Assembly (NCBI GenBank): GCA_965218795.1
Contig: OZ244653.1
Location: 4,064,001-4,128,000 of the forward strand
DNA: 64,000 bases
Direction of reading: 5' to 3'
Source: a bacterium
Lineage (GTDB): Bacteria; UBA8248; JACPRG01; G963555815
Position numbers and translations under genes: made by a program. Positions within the stretch are counted from its first letter, which is position 1, and each line of letters opens with the position of its first letter. This document shows positions 46,510 to 57,383 of this stretch, piece by piece. Under the pieces are notes generated by a model. That model saw only the letters and a list, made by a program, of their open reading frames with translations. It had not been told where the DNA came from and searched no databases.

Positions 46510-48045
46510 TCAGGATCGAGGGGGTGAAGGCTTCGGAGGCTCCGCGGGAGCGTCCAAAGGGCTGGCCGATGAGCGCGCGGAATGTTCCCCCCGGTCTGGA
46601 AACGACGTGCCTTCACCCAGGATGTCCGGCACTGGGTGCCAACGTCCCCGGACCTCTCCGGCCAGGAACAGGGAACCGGTTACGCAGACCCAATCCTCGG
46701 GGCGGGCTTCCCGGAGAGCCGCCTCGACGGCGTCGTCGGGATCGAGGAAGACACCCCGCACCGGGGCGTAATGCCCTGCAATCTCCCTCAGGCGCGGAAG
46801 CGCGCAGGCGGGACGGGGCGGGTTCGTGGGCCGGGTGACGAACACGCCGTCGCTGCCGGGAAGGAGGGCGTCGCAAAGGGCTTCGGCGTCCTTGTCCCCG
46901 AGGATCCCCAGGATGAAGAGCCGCCTTCCATCCGACTGGAGATCCAGGACGTTTTGCAGCGCCCGGGCCTTGTCCGGGTTGTGCGCTCCGTCGAGGACGA
47001 CCGTTGGCTCTCCAGCGATGACCTCTGCGCGGGCGGGGAGCCGGGTGTTTCGGATTCCGGACCGGATGGCCTCCTCGCTCACGCCCAGAAGCTGGGCTGC
47101 CGCAGCCGCGAGACAGGCGTTCTGTACCTGATGGCTGCCCGCCATGTGGTTCTCCAGGCTCCGGACCGATCGCAGCCCCGTCACCGGGTCGGGCAGGAAA
47201 TCAAAGAGGCTGCCGTTTCCGTCCCATTCCCGCAAAGCGGAAGCCGCCCCCAGGGGCGTATCGTTCAGGGAGATCAGACGGGCCTTCTGCTCCCGGCAGA
47301 CCTCCTGGACGACCTGCTGGGCGCTCGGCACCTGAACCCCCGAAAGAACGAGCCCCCCGGGCTTGACGATGCCGGCCTTTTCGGCGGCGATCTGCTCGAC
47401 CGTGCTGCCGAGAACGTCCGTGTGGTCGAGTCCGATCTTCGTGATGATGGACAGGGCTACGTCCTGAAAAACGTTGGTGGCGTCGTAGGTCCCGCCGAGG
47501 CCGACTTCGAGCACGATGCGCCGGCATCCCGCCGCCCGGAATTGCAGGAGAGCCAGGGCCAGGGTGATTTCGAAGAACGAGGGGATTCCGTAGCGTCCTT
47601 CCAGGTAGGCCTGGTGGAGGTGGGGCTTCAGACCGTCGACGATGCGGACCACGGCCGCGGGATCGATCAGCCGCCCGTTGACCCAGGTGCGCTCGGTCAG
47701 GGACGTCACGTGGGGGGAGAAAAAAGCGCCGACCCCGCGCGGGTCGGATGTCTTCCTGTCATCCTCGTGGAGGATGGAGGCGAGATAGGCGGAAACCGAG
47801 CCTTTCCCGCTGGTGCCGGCGACGTGGATGATTTCCAGGTCGCCGATATTCTTGATCGGGATCTCAAGCGCTTCGAGGAAATCCGCGAACCGCCGCAATC
47901 CCAGGATGAAGGGCTGGCCCTTCTCCGCCGGGAAGTCCCGATGGTCGTAGATGGGCAGCCCGATCAGCGACTCCAGCCATCGTGCGGTGCGATGGTAGTC
48001 ATGAACCGATTGCGTGGGTTCAAGTTGATTGTGAATCATGCTCAT
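46510..48045 (-). CDS. folC: Folylpolyglutamate synthase/dihydrofolate synthase
   Basis: HVAGTSGKGS, LEVGLGG.YDATN, DH...LG, EKAGI, DGAHNP, TGSLFL. Confidence 0.93.
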   Translation of the reverse strand: MSMIHNQLEPTQSVHDYHRTARWLESLIGLPIYDHRDFPAEKGQPFILGLRRFADFLEALEIPIKNIGDLEIIHVAGTSGKGSVSAYLASILHEDDRKTSDPRGVGAFFSPHVTSLTERTWVNGRLIDPAAVVRIVDGLKPHLHQAYLEGRYGIPSFFEITLALALLQFRAAGCRRIVLEVGLGGTYDATNVFQDVALSIITKIGLDHTDVLGSTVEQIAAEKAGIVKPGGLVLSGVQVPSAQQVVQEVCREQKARLISLNDTPLGAASALREWDGNGSLFDFLPDPVTGLRSVRSLENHMAGSHQVQNACLAAAAAQLLGVSEEAIRSGIRNTRLPARAEVIAGEPTVVLDGAHNPDKARALQNVLDLQSDGRRLFILGILGDKDAEALCDALLPGSDGVFVTRPTNPPRPACALPRLREIAGHYAPVRGVFLDPDDAVEAALREARPEDWVCVTGSLFLAGEVRGRWHPVPDILGEGTSFPDRGEHSARSSASPLDAPAEPPKPSPPRS

Positions 48046-48103
48046 TGAGATGAAGTCCCTTCAGGACCGGTAGGGAGAATGACCCGTTCAGCATGAACCC
48101 CTT

Positions 48104-49087
48104 TTATAACCCGTTCAGCCATTCTTCAACGGCCGCTTTCGTCTTGTCATCCACCAAGATATCCAGATGCTTCACGCCGGGCAATATCCGGACCCGGGCC
48201 GTGGGGTGGCCGGCAAGAACTTTCGGGTACTCGTCGGCGATGAAGACCTCGTCCTCACTACCCACGAAAATCAAGAAGGGTTGCGTGATTTTCCATAAAT
48301 CGCCCTTGTAATTCCGGCGGGGGTGAAGCGAAGTGTTCAGGGCGTAGGAGTAATGCAGGGTTTCCGTGCCGTCGCGCGCGCTCCTTTTCAGGTTGAATTT
48401 GATGACGATCATATTGTTGAAAAACCGGAAGCCGATCCGGTTCAGCATGGTGAGGCCGATGATTCGTCCGATATAAGGCATGGCCCAGCCGCCGGAATTC
48501 GGCCGGGTCGTCGGAGCGCCATGCTGAAGATACGGGGCGAGGAGGAGGTAGGCGTCCGCCAGCTTCCCGTGTTTTCCTCCCCCGAACCGTGCGGCCAAGC
48601 CCCCGCCTGAGGAATGCCCGCCGACGATGATCTTCGCGTCCGGTCTCTTCTTCTTGATCAACCCGATCAGGTCCGCCAGGTCGTCTTCGAGCTGGCCGAT
48701 GTGCCGGACGTTTCCCCGCGGGTAACCGGAGCGAAAGTGACCCCTCAGGTTCGGCGTAACCACCTGAGCCAGATTTTTCGAGGAGATCGATCGGGCCAAG
48801 TCGTGCAGATTCCTTCCGTGATAAGCCGAGCCGTGAATCAGGATGAGCGTCTTCGGCGTTTTCGCCGGATAGTGCCGGTAGGACAATCTGCCGTTATCCC
48901 TGGCGGTGAACTGCTGAAGCGAGGGGATATCCGAGTAGTCGACCGCGAGCAGCGGCCGGAAATCCGTCAGCCCCGGGGAATCCGACCGCTCAGGCTTGCT
49001 TGTGAAAATGAAGAAGAATGCGATGCCGAAATAGACGACCAAAAAGATCGCAATCGCGAGGGCGGCCCAGCGGACGGCCTGGTTCAT
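48104..49087 (-). CDS. Alpha/beta hydrolase with N-terminal membrane anchor
   Basis: IHG, LRGH, GHSSGG nucleophile elbow, D and H near the C-terminus. Confidence 0.9.
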   Translation of the reverse strand: MNQAVRWAALAIAIFLVVYFGIAFFFIFTSKPERSDSPGLTDFRPLLAVDYSDIPSLQQFTARDNGRLSYRHYPAKTPKTLILIHGSAYHGRNLHDLARSISSKNLAQVVTPNLRGHFRSGYPRGNVRHIGQLEDDLADLIGLIKKKRPDAKIIVGGHSSGGGLAARFGGGKHGKLADAYLLLAPYLQHGAPTTRPNSGGWAMPYIGRIIGLTMLNRIGFRFFNNMIVIKFNLKRSARDGTETLHYSYALNTSLHPRRNYKGDLWKITQPFLIFVGSEDEVFIADEYPKVLAGHPTARVRILPGVKHLDILVDDKTKAAVEEWLNGL

Positions 49088-49210
49088 GGAGATTCCTCAG
49101 TTACTCATACTCAAGAAATGGCAGGAAAAATGGTTGCGCCGCGCCTGAACCATTGACCTCTCTCCCATTCCCCCGATGCGCGCCGGGAAATCGCGGCGGC
49201 ACGTTGCCGC

Positions 49211-50827
49211 TTAATGCCGAAAGTGCCGTATGCCGGTCAGGACCATGGCGATCCCGGCCTCGTCGGCCGCCTCGATGACCTCCCTGTCGCGTTTGGACCC
49301 CCCCGGCTGGACCACGGCCTTCACACCGGCCTCCGACGCCGCGTCCACGCCGTCCCGGAAGGGGAAAAAAGCGTCCGACGCCAGAACCGACCCCGTCAGC
49401 TCATCCCCGTGGCCCGTATCCCGCGCCTTCCAAACGGCCAGCCTCACGGCGTCCACCCGGCTCATCTGTCCCGCCCCGACGCCCAGCGTGACCATCAAGC
49501 CATCCGCGCCGTTCACCCGCCCGGCCAGCAGGATGGCGTTCGACTTGACGTGCTTCACCACCCGCCAGGCGAACGCGATCAGTTCGAACTCCTCCACCGA
49601 GGGCTTCCGCTCGGTCGGGACTTCGCATGAGGCCGGATGGAACCGGAAGCGGTCGGCCTGCTGGATCAGCATTCCGCCCGGAACCGATCGAAGATCCAGC
49701 ACCGATTTGCCCTCCGACCCGGAGGCCATCTCAGGCCAGCGAAGCACGCGAAGGTCAGTCTTTTTTTTCAGTGCCTCGAGAGCCTCGGGGGCGTAATCCG
49801 GCGCGGCCAGGACTTCCAGAAACTTTCCGGAGAGGATCTCGGCGCCCTCGGCGTCCAGCGGCCGGTTGAGGGCCACAATCCCCCCGAAGGCCGACATCCT
49901 GTCCGCGTCGAACGCGGAAGCCAGCGCAGCGGGCACGGTCTCCCCGCCCGCGGCCACGCCGCAAGGGTTGTTGTGCTTCACGACCACGGCGGCCGGCTCC
50001 AGAAACTCCAGGGCCATCCCCGCCGCCGCGCTCAGGTCGAGCAGATTGTTGTAGGAAAGCTCCTTGCCCTGAAGCTGCTTCGCGTCAAAAAGGGAGAGGC
50101 CTTCGGTTTCCCCCGCGCGATAGAGCGCGGCCCGCTGATGCGGGTTCTCCCCGTACCGGAGGTCCATGGCCCGGTCGAGATGAAACGGAAGAAGGGCGGG
50201 AAGCCCGGGTTTGCCCTCCTCTTCGGCTTCTTCGGGTTCGGGGGTTTCGCTCCCGGCAACGAGATATTGATGAATGGCCGCGTCGTACCTCGCCGTGTGG
50301 AGGAAGGCCTTTTCCGCGAATCTCCGGCGGGCGTCTTCGGGTACGTCCTCCATCCGCTCCAGATATCTGGCGACATCTTCATAGTCCGACGGGTCGGACA
50401 GGACGACCACCCGCTGGAAATTCTTGGCCGCGGCGCGGAGCAGAGAGACTCCCCCGATGTCGATGTTCTCCAGGGCGTCGGTCAGTGTGACGTCCGGCCG
50501 TGCCGCGGTCTCACGAAAGGGATACAGATTGACGGCGACCAGATCGATGGTGGACAGGTCCGCGCCGGGGGCCTCGGGCTCCTCCGCCCTCCGGTGGAGG
50601 ATGCCGCCGAAGATCAGCGGGTGGAGGGTCTTGACGCGGCCGCCCAGGATCTCTTCCTGCCCGGTGTAATCGGAGACGGCCTCGACCGGCACCCCCGCTT
50701 CCTCCAGCAGGGCCGCCGTTCCTCCCGTGGAGAGGATCTCGACCCCGCGGCCGGACAGGGTACGGGCGAGCTCGACGACGCCCGACTTGTCATAAACACT
50801 GATCAGGGCCCTTTGTGTGGGGCACAT
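49211..50827 (-). CDS. purH: Bifunctional AICAR transformylase/IMP cyclohydrolase
   Basis: ALISVYDK, GRVKTLHP, LRYGENPHQ, KHNNPCG, SDAFFPF, RHFRH. Confidence 0.98.
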   Translation of the reverse strand: MCPTQRALISVYDKSGVVELARTLSGRGVEILSTGGTAALLEEAGVPVEAVSDYTGQEEILGGRVKTLHPLIFGGILHRRAEEPEAPGADLSTIDLVAVNLYPFRETAARPDVTLTDALENIDIGGVSLLRAAAKNFQRVVVLSDPSDYEDVARYLERMEDVPEDARRRFAEKAFLHTARYDAAIHQYLVAGSETPEPEEAEEEGKPGLPALLPFHLDRAMDLRYGENPHQRAALYRAGETEGLSLFDAKQLQGKELSYNNLLDLSAAAGMALEFLEPAAVVVKHNNPCGVAAGGETVPAALASAFDADRMSAFGGIVALNRPLDAEGAEILSGKFLEVLAAPDYAPEALEALKKKTDLRVLRWPEMASGSEGKSVLDLRSVPGGMLIQQADRFRFHPASCEVPTERKPSVEEFELIAFAWRVVKHVKSNAILLAGRVNGADGLMVTLGVGAGQMSRVDAVRLAVWKARDTGHGDELTGSVLASDAFFPFRDGVDAASEAGVKAVVQPGGSKRDREVIEAADEAGIAMVLTGIRHFRH

Positions 50828-50896
50828 GAACCAACCTTCGAGTCTGTGGGACGGCGGACGGCCATCGGTCGGACATCCGGCGTCGGATCGCCCGGC

Positions 50897-51682
50897 TCAG
50901 CTTCCGGGAAATTCGGGCGGACGCTTTTCCAGAAAGGCGCGGACGCCCTCCATGAAGTCACCGCTTTGAAACCCATCGATGCGCATCTCCTGGATTTCCC
51001 TCTCCTCCGCCTCGGTGGCGTCCCCGAGGCAGACCTTGACGGCGAGCTTGGCCCCGCGCACCGTCATCGGCGCGTTCCGGGCGATCCGTCCTGCAAGATC
51101 GTAAGTGAAAGCCTGCAGGTCGGAAGCGGGAAGAACATGATTCACCAAACCGATCCGAAGCGCTTCATCGGCATCCACCGGACGGGCCGACATGAGGATC
51201 TCCTTGGTCTTGGCCGATCCGATCAAGTGGAGGAGCCGGCGGGTCCCGGACACGCTGTAGACGACGCCGAGTCTCCCGGCCGGGACCCCCATCTGGACGG
51301 TGTCGGCGGCGATTCTCAGGTCGCACGCCGTCGTCAGGCCACAGCCGCCGCCCATCGCGTATCCGTAGATCATCGCGATGACCGGCTTGGACGTCCGCTC
51401 GATGCTTGCCAGGGCCGCTTCGTACGCGTCGTTCTGCTCTATCGCCCCCTCCGGCGTGGTCATCGTGGCCTCGAACTCGCTGATATCGGCCCCCGCGGCG
51501 AAGGCCTTTTCCCCCGCGCCGCGGATAACGATGACCCGGACCGCCGGGTCGTCATCAAGGGCGCGCATCCGGTCGGGCAGATCCTGCCACATGGAGAGGG
51601 AGAACGCGTTCCGAACCTCCGCCCGGTTGATGACGAGGGTGGCGATCGGTCCGTCTCGCTCGATCAGAAAATAGTCAGTCAT
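50897..51682 (-). CDS. Enoyl-CoA hydratase/isomerase family protein
   Basis: AFAAGADI, KPVIAMI.GYAMGGG, CDLRIA, EGVRAFLEKRPP. Confidence 0.93.
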   Translation of the reverse strand: MTDYFLIERDGPIATLVINRAEVRNAFSLSMWQDLPDRMRALDDDPAVRVIVIRGAGEKAFAAGADISEFEATMTTPEGAIEQNDAYEAALASIERTSKPVIAMIYGYAMGGGCGLTTACDLRIAADTVQMGVPAGRLGVVYSVSGTRRLLHLIGSAKTKEILMSARPVDADEALRIGLVNHVLPASDLQAFTYDLAGRIARNAPMTVRGAKLAVKVCLGDATEAEEREIQEMRIDGFQSGDFMEGVRAFLEKRPPEFPGS

Positions 51683-51726
51683 GGGATCTTGGGTGGCATT
51701 CCCAGGCCGGGTCCGTTCGTTCCGGG

Positions 51727-52551
51727 TTACGCCTTCACGGTGTCGTACATCACACCGATACTGACCTTCTTCATGCGCTCGGCGTGCTCTTCAAACCATT
51801 TGGGGATTTCGTACGACAGGGGGTACCGGACGGCCTCCATCGTCTCCTCCCGGCTTTTTTCGTCCTTGAGGGCGTCGCGGACCTGATACCGGAGGTCGGA
51901 CAGGATGTCGCGGACGTTCAAGGCAAAGGTGGCGTCACAGACCGGCCCGTGGCCGGGGACCAGCACATGGGGGTGCATGTCCGAATAGATACGGTTGAGG
52001 GTATCGTGCCAGCGGTCCGGGACACCCTGGTGACACATCGGCGGCCATTGATTGACGACGTTGTCACCGGAGAACAGGACGTGGTCGCCCGGTAGCCAGA
52101 CCATGGTGTGATTGGGCGTGTGGCCGTCGGCGCTGAGCAGGTCGATCCGGCGGCCCCCCAAGACGAGGCTGAACCGGTCAGTGAAGGCCAGCGACGGCTT
52201 GCGGCTCTGGTAGCCGTCAAAATCCATGTCGTCGTCCTTCCCGACCATGGGCATGAACTCCTTGAAGTGCTCCGGATAGCGTCCGAACTCTTCCCGTATG
52301 GAGACGTGGCAGATGGTTTCCGCCTCGGAGAAGAAGCCGTGCCCGCCGATGTGATCGGGGTGAGCGTGGGTGCAGACGAAATATCTCAGATTTCCTTTCG
52401 ATCTGACGAATTCCCCCCACTCCTTGGCCTGAGAAGGAACGAACGGGGCGTCCACCAGGACAACGCCGTCTTCGGTGACGATGCATCCTACATTGGCGAG
52501 ATCATAGTCCGTTTCGGCGAACACTCCCGGAGCGACTTCTTCGATGGACAT
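51727..52551 (-). CDS. MBL-fold metallo-hydrolase (cyclase-like)
   Basis: THAHPDH, GHT, FSGD, PGHG. Confidence 0.9.
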   Translation of the reverse strand: MSIEEVAPGVFAETDYDLANVGCIVTEDGVVLVDAPFVPSQAKEWGEFVRSKGNLRYFVCTHAHPDHIGGHGFFSEAETICHVSIREEFGRYPEHFKEFMPMVGKDDDMDFDGYQSRKPSLAFTDRFSLVLGGRRIDLLSADGHTPNHTMVWLPGDHVLFSGDNVVNQWPPMCHQGVPDRWHDTLNRIYSDMHPHVLVPGHGPVCDATFALNVRDILSDLRYQVRDALKDEKSREETMEAVRYPLSYEIPKWFEEHAERMKKVSIGVMYDTVKA

Positions 52552-52655
52552 TCGGAAATCCTTTCCATGTCGCGTTTCGAGATCAATCTGTGCTGATTCG
52601 GAATGTCTTGATCCGTGTGCAAGGAGTCCGTGTGCGGGACGTTCCGCCCGCGGCG

Positions 52656-53576
52656 TCATCCGCCCTGCCGGGCGGCCTCCGCCGCGCTCTCGCCCTTATT
52701 GACCAGCTTGGGCCGCTTCTTCTTGGGCTTCTCCGGGGGCGGGGGCGGGTTCAGGACGTCGTACAGCCGGCCGATGCCCTTGGCCGCCAGGATCTGGTAG
52801 AAATCCGGGGCCTTCTTCGCAATGGGCTCCCATTGGAGGACGTATTCCTTCATGTCCTCCGCCTGCTCTTTGGTCTTCCCCTCGTCGATGGCCCCCTGGA
52901 CCATGGCGATGAACTCCTTGATGGAGTCGCGGAGGACCGGTATCACCGACTTGTCACTGATCTCCCCGTGGCCCGGACAGATGACATCGATGTTCATCTC
53001 TTCGATGAAATCCAGGGTCTCGATCCAGACGTCCGGCACGCCGTTGTGCAGCAGGGGCGGCCAGTTCTCGACCACGTTGTCACCGGGCAGCAAGGCCTTG
53101 ACGTCCGCCAGGTAAACCATCGCCTGGTTCTCCGTGTGACCGACCTTGTGAATCAGTTCGATTTCGCGCCCCCCGAAACTCAGAGTCATCCGGTCATTGA
53201 AGAGAATGTCCGGCTTGCGAAAATCGAATCCGTCCGCCTTGGCCGTCTCGACACCCTCCCCGTCGAGCGGCTGGATTCGATCGAGCCATGCCTCGGGCGA
53301 GCCGACGGTCTCCTCGAACCGCTCCAGCGTCCCCTCGTGGGCGATGACCGTGGCGTCCCGAAAGAACCAGTTGCCGATGATGTGGTCGGCGTGATGCTCG
53401 GTGTTCACCTGATAGCGGATCGGCCCGATTGTTTCCACTTGGGCGCGCCAGGCGAGGGCGTCCGAGGGGTTCTGCGGGTTGTCGACCAGGAGGACCCCAT
53501 CGTCGGTCTTCACGCAGGAAACGTTGCATCCGTAATATTTGATTTCGGAAAAGACGCCATCGGCGATCTCTTGCAT
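52656..53576 (-). CDS. MBL-fold metallo-hydrolase (cyclase-like), tandem paralogue
   Basis: NTEHHADH, GHT, PGD, PGHG; Pro/Lys-rich tail. Confidence 0.9.
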   Translation of the reverse strand: MQEIADGVFSEIKYYGCNVSCVKTDDGVLLVDNPQNPSDALAWRAQVETIGPIRYQVNTEHHADHIIGNWFFRDATVIAHEGTLERFEETVGSPEAWLDRIQPLDGEGVETAKADGFDFRKPDILFNDRMTLSFGGREIELIHKVGHTENQAMVYLADVKALLPGDNVVENWPPLLHNGVPDVWIETLDFIEEMNIDVICPGHGEISDKSVIPVLRDSIKEFIAMVQGAIDEGKTKEQAEDMKEYVLQWEPIAKKAPDFYQILAAKGIGRLYDVLNPPPPPEKPKKKRPKLVNKGESAAEAARQGG

Positions 53577-53615
53577 GGTGTTTTCCCTTCCCATGCCGTT
53601 TGGCAAAAGCGGCTT

Positions 53616-54018
53616 TCAGCCCGCCGCCGGACTCCGCAGCATCCGTCTCAACGATTCCTCGGTCTCGGTCATCGGTCCTGGCCGCGCCTGATCGAATTTG
53701 GATTTCAGGTTCGGGTAACCTGCCCGTTGCTCTTCGACCAATGACCGAGCGAGAGACCCGTCCCGGATTTCCCCGTCGGGGATCAGAAAGAGGACCCGAG
53801 CGCCCGCGGCGGCCTCGCCAATGGAAGAGACGGGAAGCCGTCCCCCTCCGCCGTTGCCCGGTATTCGTCCTCCCGGTTTCCGACGATGACCGAACAGCCG
53901 GAATCCCTCAGGTTCTTGGCCTGTGCGCGCCCCTGAATCCCGTAACCCACAACGGCGGCGGTTTCATCCGAGAGATGTCCGCAAGGTCCGCGTCCTCGTC
54001 GTACAACACGCGCGTCAT
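53616..54018 (-). pseudogene. ilvC: Ketol-acid reductoisomerase pseudogene (two frameshifts, large internal deletion)
   Basis: MTRVLYDEDADL / VVGYGIQGRAQAKNLRDSG / FLIPD joined via a single G to EIRDGSLARSLVEEQRAGYP...LRRML*; RBS GAGGAG retained. Confidence 0.85.
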
Positions 54019-54130
54019 GACGCAAATCGACTCCTCTCAACATCCAGGAACCCACGGATTTTCTCACACGAGAGATTACATGGAAAGGGGAGCCCGGTCG
54101 TGCCGGCAACGGCGAACCCCCCGCCGCCGG

Positions 54131-54724
54131 TCATGCGGGAAAAGGGATGCGCTCCAGGAAAACAAGGTCCGGAACGGGCGGTTCTTCGTTCTCCAGGAGG
54201 ACCGAGGCGCAGAGGACCACGCGGCCGCCCGCCTTTTCCACGAGCTCGCGGGCTGCAATGAGAGTGCCTCCCGTGGAGACCACGTCGTCCACGAGAAGGA
54301 CGTTTTTCCCGCGCACCCGATTGACGTCCAAACCGTCCAGGACGAGTGTCTGCTCCCCGGCCGTGGTAATGCTGGCGAAGCTCACGGTGAGCGGGTCCCG
54401 CATGTAGTTCTTGATCCCCTTGCGCATGACGACGTACCGTTTCTGCCCGAACCGGTTCGCCACCGCCTGGAGCAAAGCGATGCTCTTGGCTTCGGACCCC
54501 GCGATGACGTCGAACTGGAGACCTCGGCGGATCAGGTTCTCCCGTACCCGGTTGTGAAGAAGCTCGGCGCAGACCTCGTTGAGCTCCGTGTCCCCGAGCA
54601 TGACGAAGGACGCGATGCGCGCATCCGTGCCGGGCAGCGTGATGAGGGGCAGGTCGCGGTCGATCTTTCCGTCGATATTCAGGTGGTAGGTTTCTTGGCT
54701 GTCTGCGTCTCTTTGCATCTTCAT
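54131..54724 (-). CDS. Type I phosphoribosyltransferase (adenine/purine PRT-like)
   Basis: EAKSI, RK, PRPP motif VLLVDDVVSTGGT. Confidence 0.88.
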   Translation of the reverse strand: MKMQRDADSQETYHLNIDGKIDRDLPLITLPGTDARIASFVMLGDTELNEVCAELLHNRVRENLIRRGLQFDVIAGSEAKSIALLQAVANRFGQKRYVVMRKGIKNYMRDPLTVSFASITTAGEQTLVLDGLDVNRVRGKNVLLVDDVVSTGGTLIAARELVEKAGGRVVLCASVLLENEEPPVPDLVFLERIPFPA

Positions 54725-54968
54725 TGATCCAGCTCGTTATTCGTTCCCTTGGGCCTTTGGAAAATTTCTGTTCTCTTTATGGGAAGGATGAAGAAATTTC
54801 GACAGATGATACATCAGGCAATGATTGCAAAAATGCGAGCAGGAAGAAAGATTTCGTAGTACAATTCTTATGGCTCCTTTGAGTTCGGATGCGTCCAGGC
54901 GGCGATTTTGAAGGGATGCGCCGCGGGGATTCTTGCGGCCCAGACGAGAAAGCCCGTAGGAGAATGGC

Positions 54969-56924
54969 ATGGACCCGACAGCAATCGACACCGTATTGAC
55001 CGAAGATCGGGCCTTCGATCCGCCCAAAGACTTCTCTGAGAACGCCCACGTGCAGTCGATGGAGGAGTACAAGAAGCTCTACGAAGAAGCCGTCAACTCT
55101 CCGGAGACTTTCTGGGCCCGATACGCCGAAGAGTTTCACTGGTTCAAGAAGTGGGACAAGGTGCTTGAGTGGGACCTCCCTTTCGCGAAATGGTTCGTGG
55201 GAGGCCAGACCAACCTCTCCTATAATTGTCTTGACCGTCACCTCGAGACCCACCGGAAGGACAAGGTGGCCATTCAGTGGGAAGGCGAGCCCGGCGACAG
55301 CCGCGCGCTCACCTACGCCGAGCTCCACAAGGAGGTCTGCAAGTTCGCCAATGCCCTCAAGGGGCTCGGGATCGAAAAAGGCGATCGGGTCTGCATCTAC
55401 ATGCCGCAAACGCCCGAATCGGCGGTCGCCATGCTGGCCTGCGCGCGGATCGGCGCGCCCCACACCGTGGTCTTCGCGGGCTTCAGCGCGCCTTCACTGC
55501 GAGACCGGATCAATGACGCCGAGGCCAAGGCCGTCCTGACGGCGGATGCCGGATGGCGCCGGGGCAAGGAAGTCCCGCTCAAGGTGAATACAGACGAGGC
55601 GGTCGCGGACTGCCCGAGTATCGAGCACATTGTCGTGCTCAAGCGGGTCGGAAACGACATCAACTTCCAGGAAGGGCGCGACCACTGGTGGCACGACCTG
55701 ATGGAAAACGCCTCGGAGGACTGCCCCGCCGAGCCCCTGGACGCCGAGCACCCCCTCTATATCCTCTACACCAGCGGCACCACGGGGAAGCCCAAAGGGA
55801 TCCTTCACACCACGGGCGGTTACATGGTCGGCACCTACCTTACGTGCAAATGGGTCTTCGACCTCAAGGACGACGACATCTACTGGTGCACGGCGGATAT
55901 CGGGTGGGTCACCGGCCACAGCTACATCGTCTACGGCCCCCTGGCCAACGGCGCGACCAGCGTCATGTACGAGGGTGCGCCCAATCACCCGGACCCGGGC
56001 CGCTTTTGGTCCATCGTCGAGAAGTTCAAGGTCAATACCTTCTACACGGCGCCCACGGCGATCCGCGCATTCATCAAGTGGGGCGACGAGTGGCCGAAAA
56101 AGCATGACCTCTCCAGCCTGCGACTGCTCGGCACCGTGGGCGAGCCCATCAATCCCGAGGTCTGGATCTGGTACCGTGAAACCATCGGGAACAACCGGTG
56201 TCCCATCGTGGACACCTGGTGGCAGACGGAGACGGGCATGATTTTGATCACCCCCCTCCCCGGGGCCATCACCACCAAGCCGGGCTCGGCGACGCTGCCC
56301 TTCCCGGGGGTCGTTCCGGACATCATGACGAAGGACGGGCAGTCGGTCGGGCCGGAAGGAGGCGGGTTCCTGGTCCTCAAGCGGCCGTGGCCGGCCATGC
56401 TCCGCACCATTTACGGGGATGCCGAGCGCTACAAGCAGCAGTACTGGTCGGACATTGAAGGGGTTTATTTCACCGGGGACGGCGCCCGTCGGGATCAGGA
56501 CGGCTACTTCTGGATCATGGGCCGCGTGGACGACGTCATCAACATTTCCGGCCACCGGCTGGGAACCATGGAAGTGGAGAGCGCCATAGTCTCCCATCCC
56601 GACGTGGCGGAGGCGGCTGTGGTGGGTATCCCTCACGAGCTCAAGGGGCAGGGAATCGCCTGCTTCGTCACCCTGGCCGGAGGCGTGGAACACTCCGACG
56701 ATATCGAGGGTGTCCTTCGGGAGCACGTGGTCAAGGAGATCGGCGCCATCGCGCGGCCGGACATGATCCGGTTGACCGATGCTTTGCCCAAGACCCGGAG
56801 CGGCAAGATCATGCGGCGTCTGCTGCGGGACATCGCCTCCGGTAAGCCCGAGCTTGGGGATACGACGACCCTGGAGGACGTCTCCGTCCTCCAGTCTATT
56901 CAGCAGTACGAGAACGAAGGCTAG
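54969..56924 (+). CDS. acs: Acetyl-CoA synthetase
   Basis: [38 protein letters not shown]. Confidence 0.98.
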   Translation: MDPTAIDTVLTEDRAFDPPKDFSENAHVQSMEEYKKLYEEAVNSPETFWARYAEEFHWFKKWDKVLEWDLPFAKWFVGGQTNLSYNCLDRHLETHRKDKVAIQWEGEPGDSRALTYAELHKEVCKFANALKGLGIEKGDRVCIYMPQTPESAVAMLACARIGAPHTVVFAGFSAPSLRDRINDAEAKAVLTADAGWRRGKEVPLKVNTDEAVADCPSIEHIVVLKRVGNDINFQEGRDHWWHDLMENASEDCPAEPLDAEHPLYILYTSGTTGKPKGILHTTGGYMVGTYLTCKWVFDLKDDDIYWCTADIGWVTGHSYIVYGPLANGATSVMYEGAPNHPDPGRFWSIVEKFKVNTFYTAPTAIRAFIKWGDEWPKKHDLSSLRLLGTVGEPINPEVWIWYRETIGNNRCPIVDTWWQTETGMILITPLPGAITTKPGSATLPFPGVVPDIMTKDGQSVGPEGGGFLVLKRPWPAMLRTIYGDAERYKQQYWSDIEGVYFTGDGARRDQDGYFWIMGRVDDVINISGHRLGTMEVESAIVSHPDVAEAAVVGIPHELKGQGIACFVTLAGGVEHSDDIEGVLREHVVKEIGAIARPDMIRLTDALPKTRSGKIMRRLLRDIASGKPELGDTTTLEDVSVLQSIQQYENEG

Positions 56925-56942
56925 GGGAGATCCGGGGAGTCC

Positions 56943-57326
56943 TTACGCCCGCTCCAGGAGGATAGACGTTCCGTCCGGAACCCGGGTGAAGCGGATGGCG
57001 TCGCCCTTGATGGTTCCGACGGGATTGACGGGGCTTGCGGCGCGTGGCTCGGACCCCGAGCTCGCGGGCGTCGGGCCGAAAAAGATGCAGAAAGCGGCGC
57101 CGGGCGGCCAGTAGGCCACTTCGCCGACAGCCATCGCCTCGCGGGCGGAATCCTCCGCCGGGCATTGGACGGGGATGGAAAAATAGATCTCCTCGCCCCA
57201 GCGGCTGACCTTGGCCTGGATGGGCAGGGCATCCCAGATCTCATCGGCGGTCGGACCGTCGTTGAGGACGGCCCGGTCCTCCACGTCTCCGGCCTGGATC
57301 CGGATGCGGCGATTGGAATCGGTCAT
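56943..57326 (-). CDS. Cyclophilin-like fold protein (DUF369/TM1367-like)
   Basis: TA..IW.ALP, RWGEEIYF, GEVAYWPPG.AFCIFFGPTP. Confidence 0.85.
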   Translation of the reverse strand: MTDSNRRIRIQAGDVEDRAVLNDGPTADEIWDALPIQAKVSRWGEEIYFSIPVQCPAEDSAREAMAVGEVAYWPPGAAFCIFFGPTPASSGSEPRAASPVNPVGTIKGDAIRFTRVPDGTSILLERA

Positions 57327-57383
57327 GGTCGGCGTCCTCCTGACTCTGAAGGGGGAGCAACGGGACGGCGGCGGGGATGACGG

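Noticed and set aside
48082-48119. 11-bp direct repeat ACCCGTTCAGC at the end of the alpha/beta hydrolase
   Set aside because: The copies are only 27 nt apart and do not flank anything; no support as a target-site duplication.
49637-51886. 749-aa plus-strand ORF (likewise 29067-30797, 33110-34714, 46582-48048, 55494-56726)
   Set aside because: Antisense shadows of well-supported genes (purH, gatB, hflKC, folC, acs); expected from high-GC codon bias, with no motifs.
54760-54855. Three GAAA(N0-2)TTTC palindromes in the divergent PRTase/acs promoter region (possible IclR-like sites)
   Set aside because: Too short and variable in an AT-rich intergenic region to distinguish from chance.
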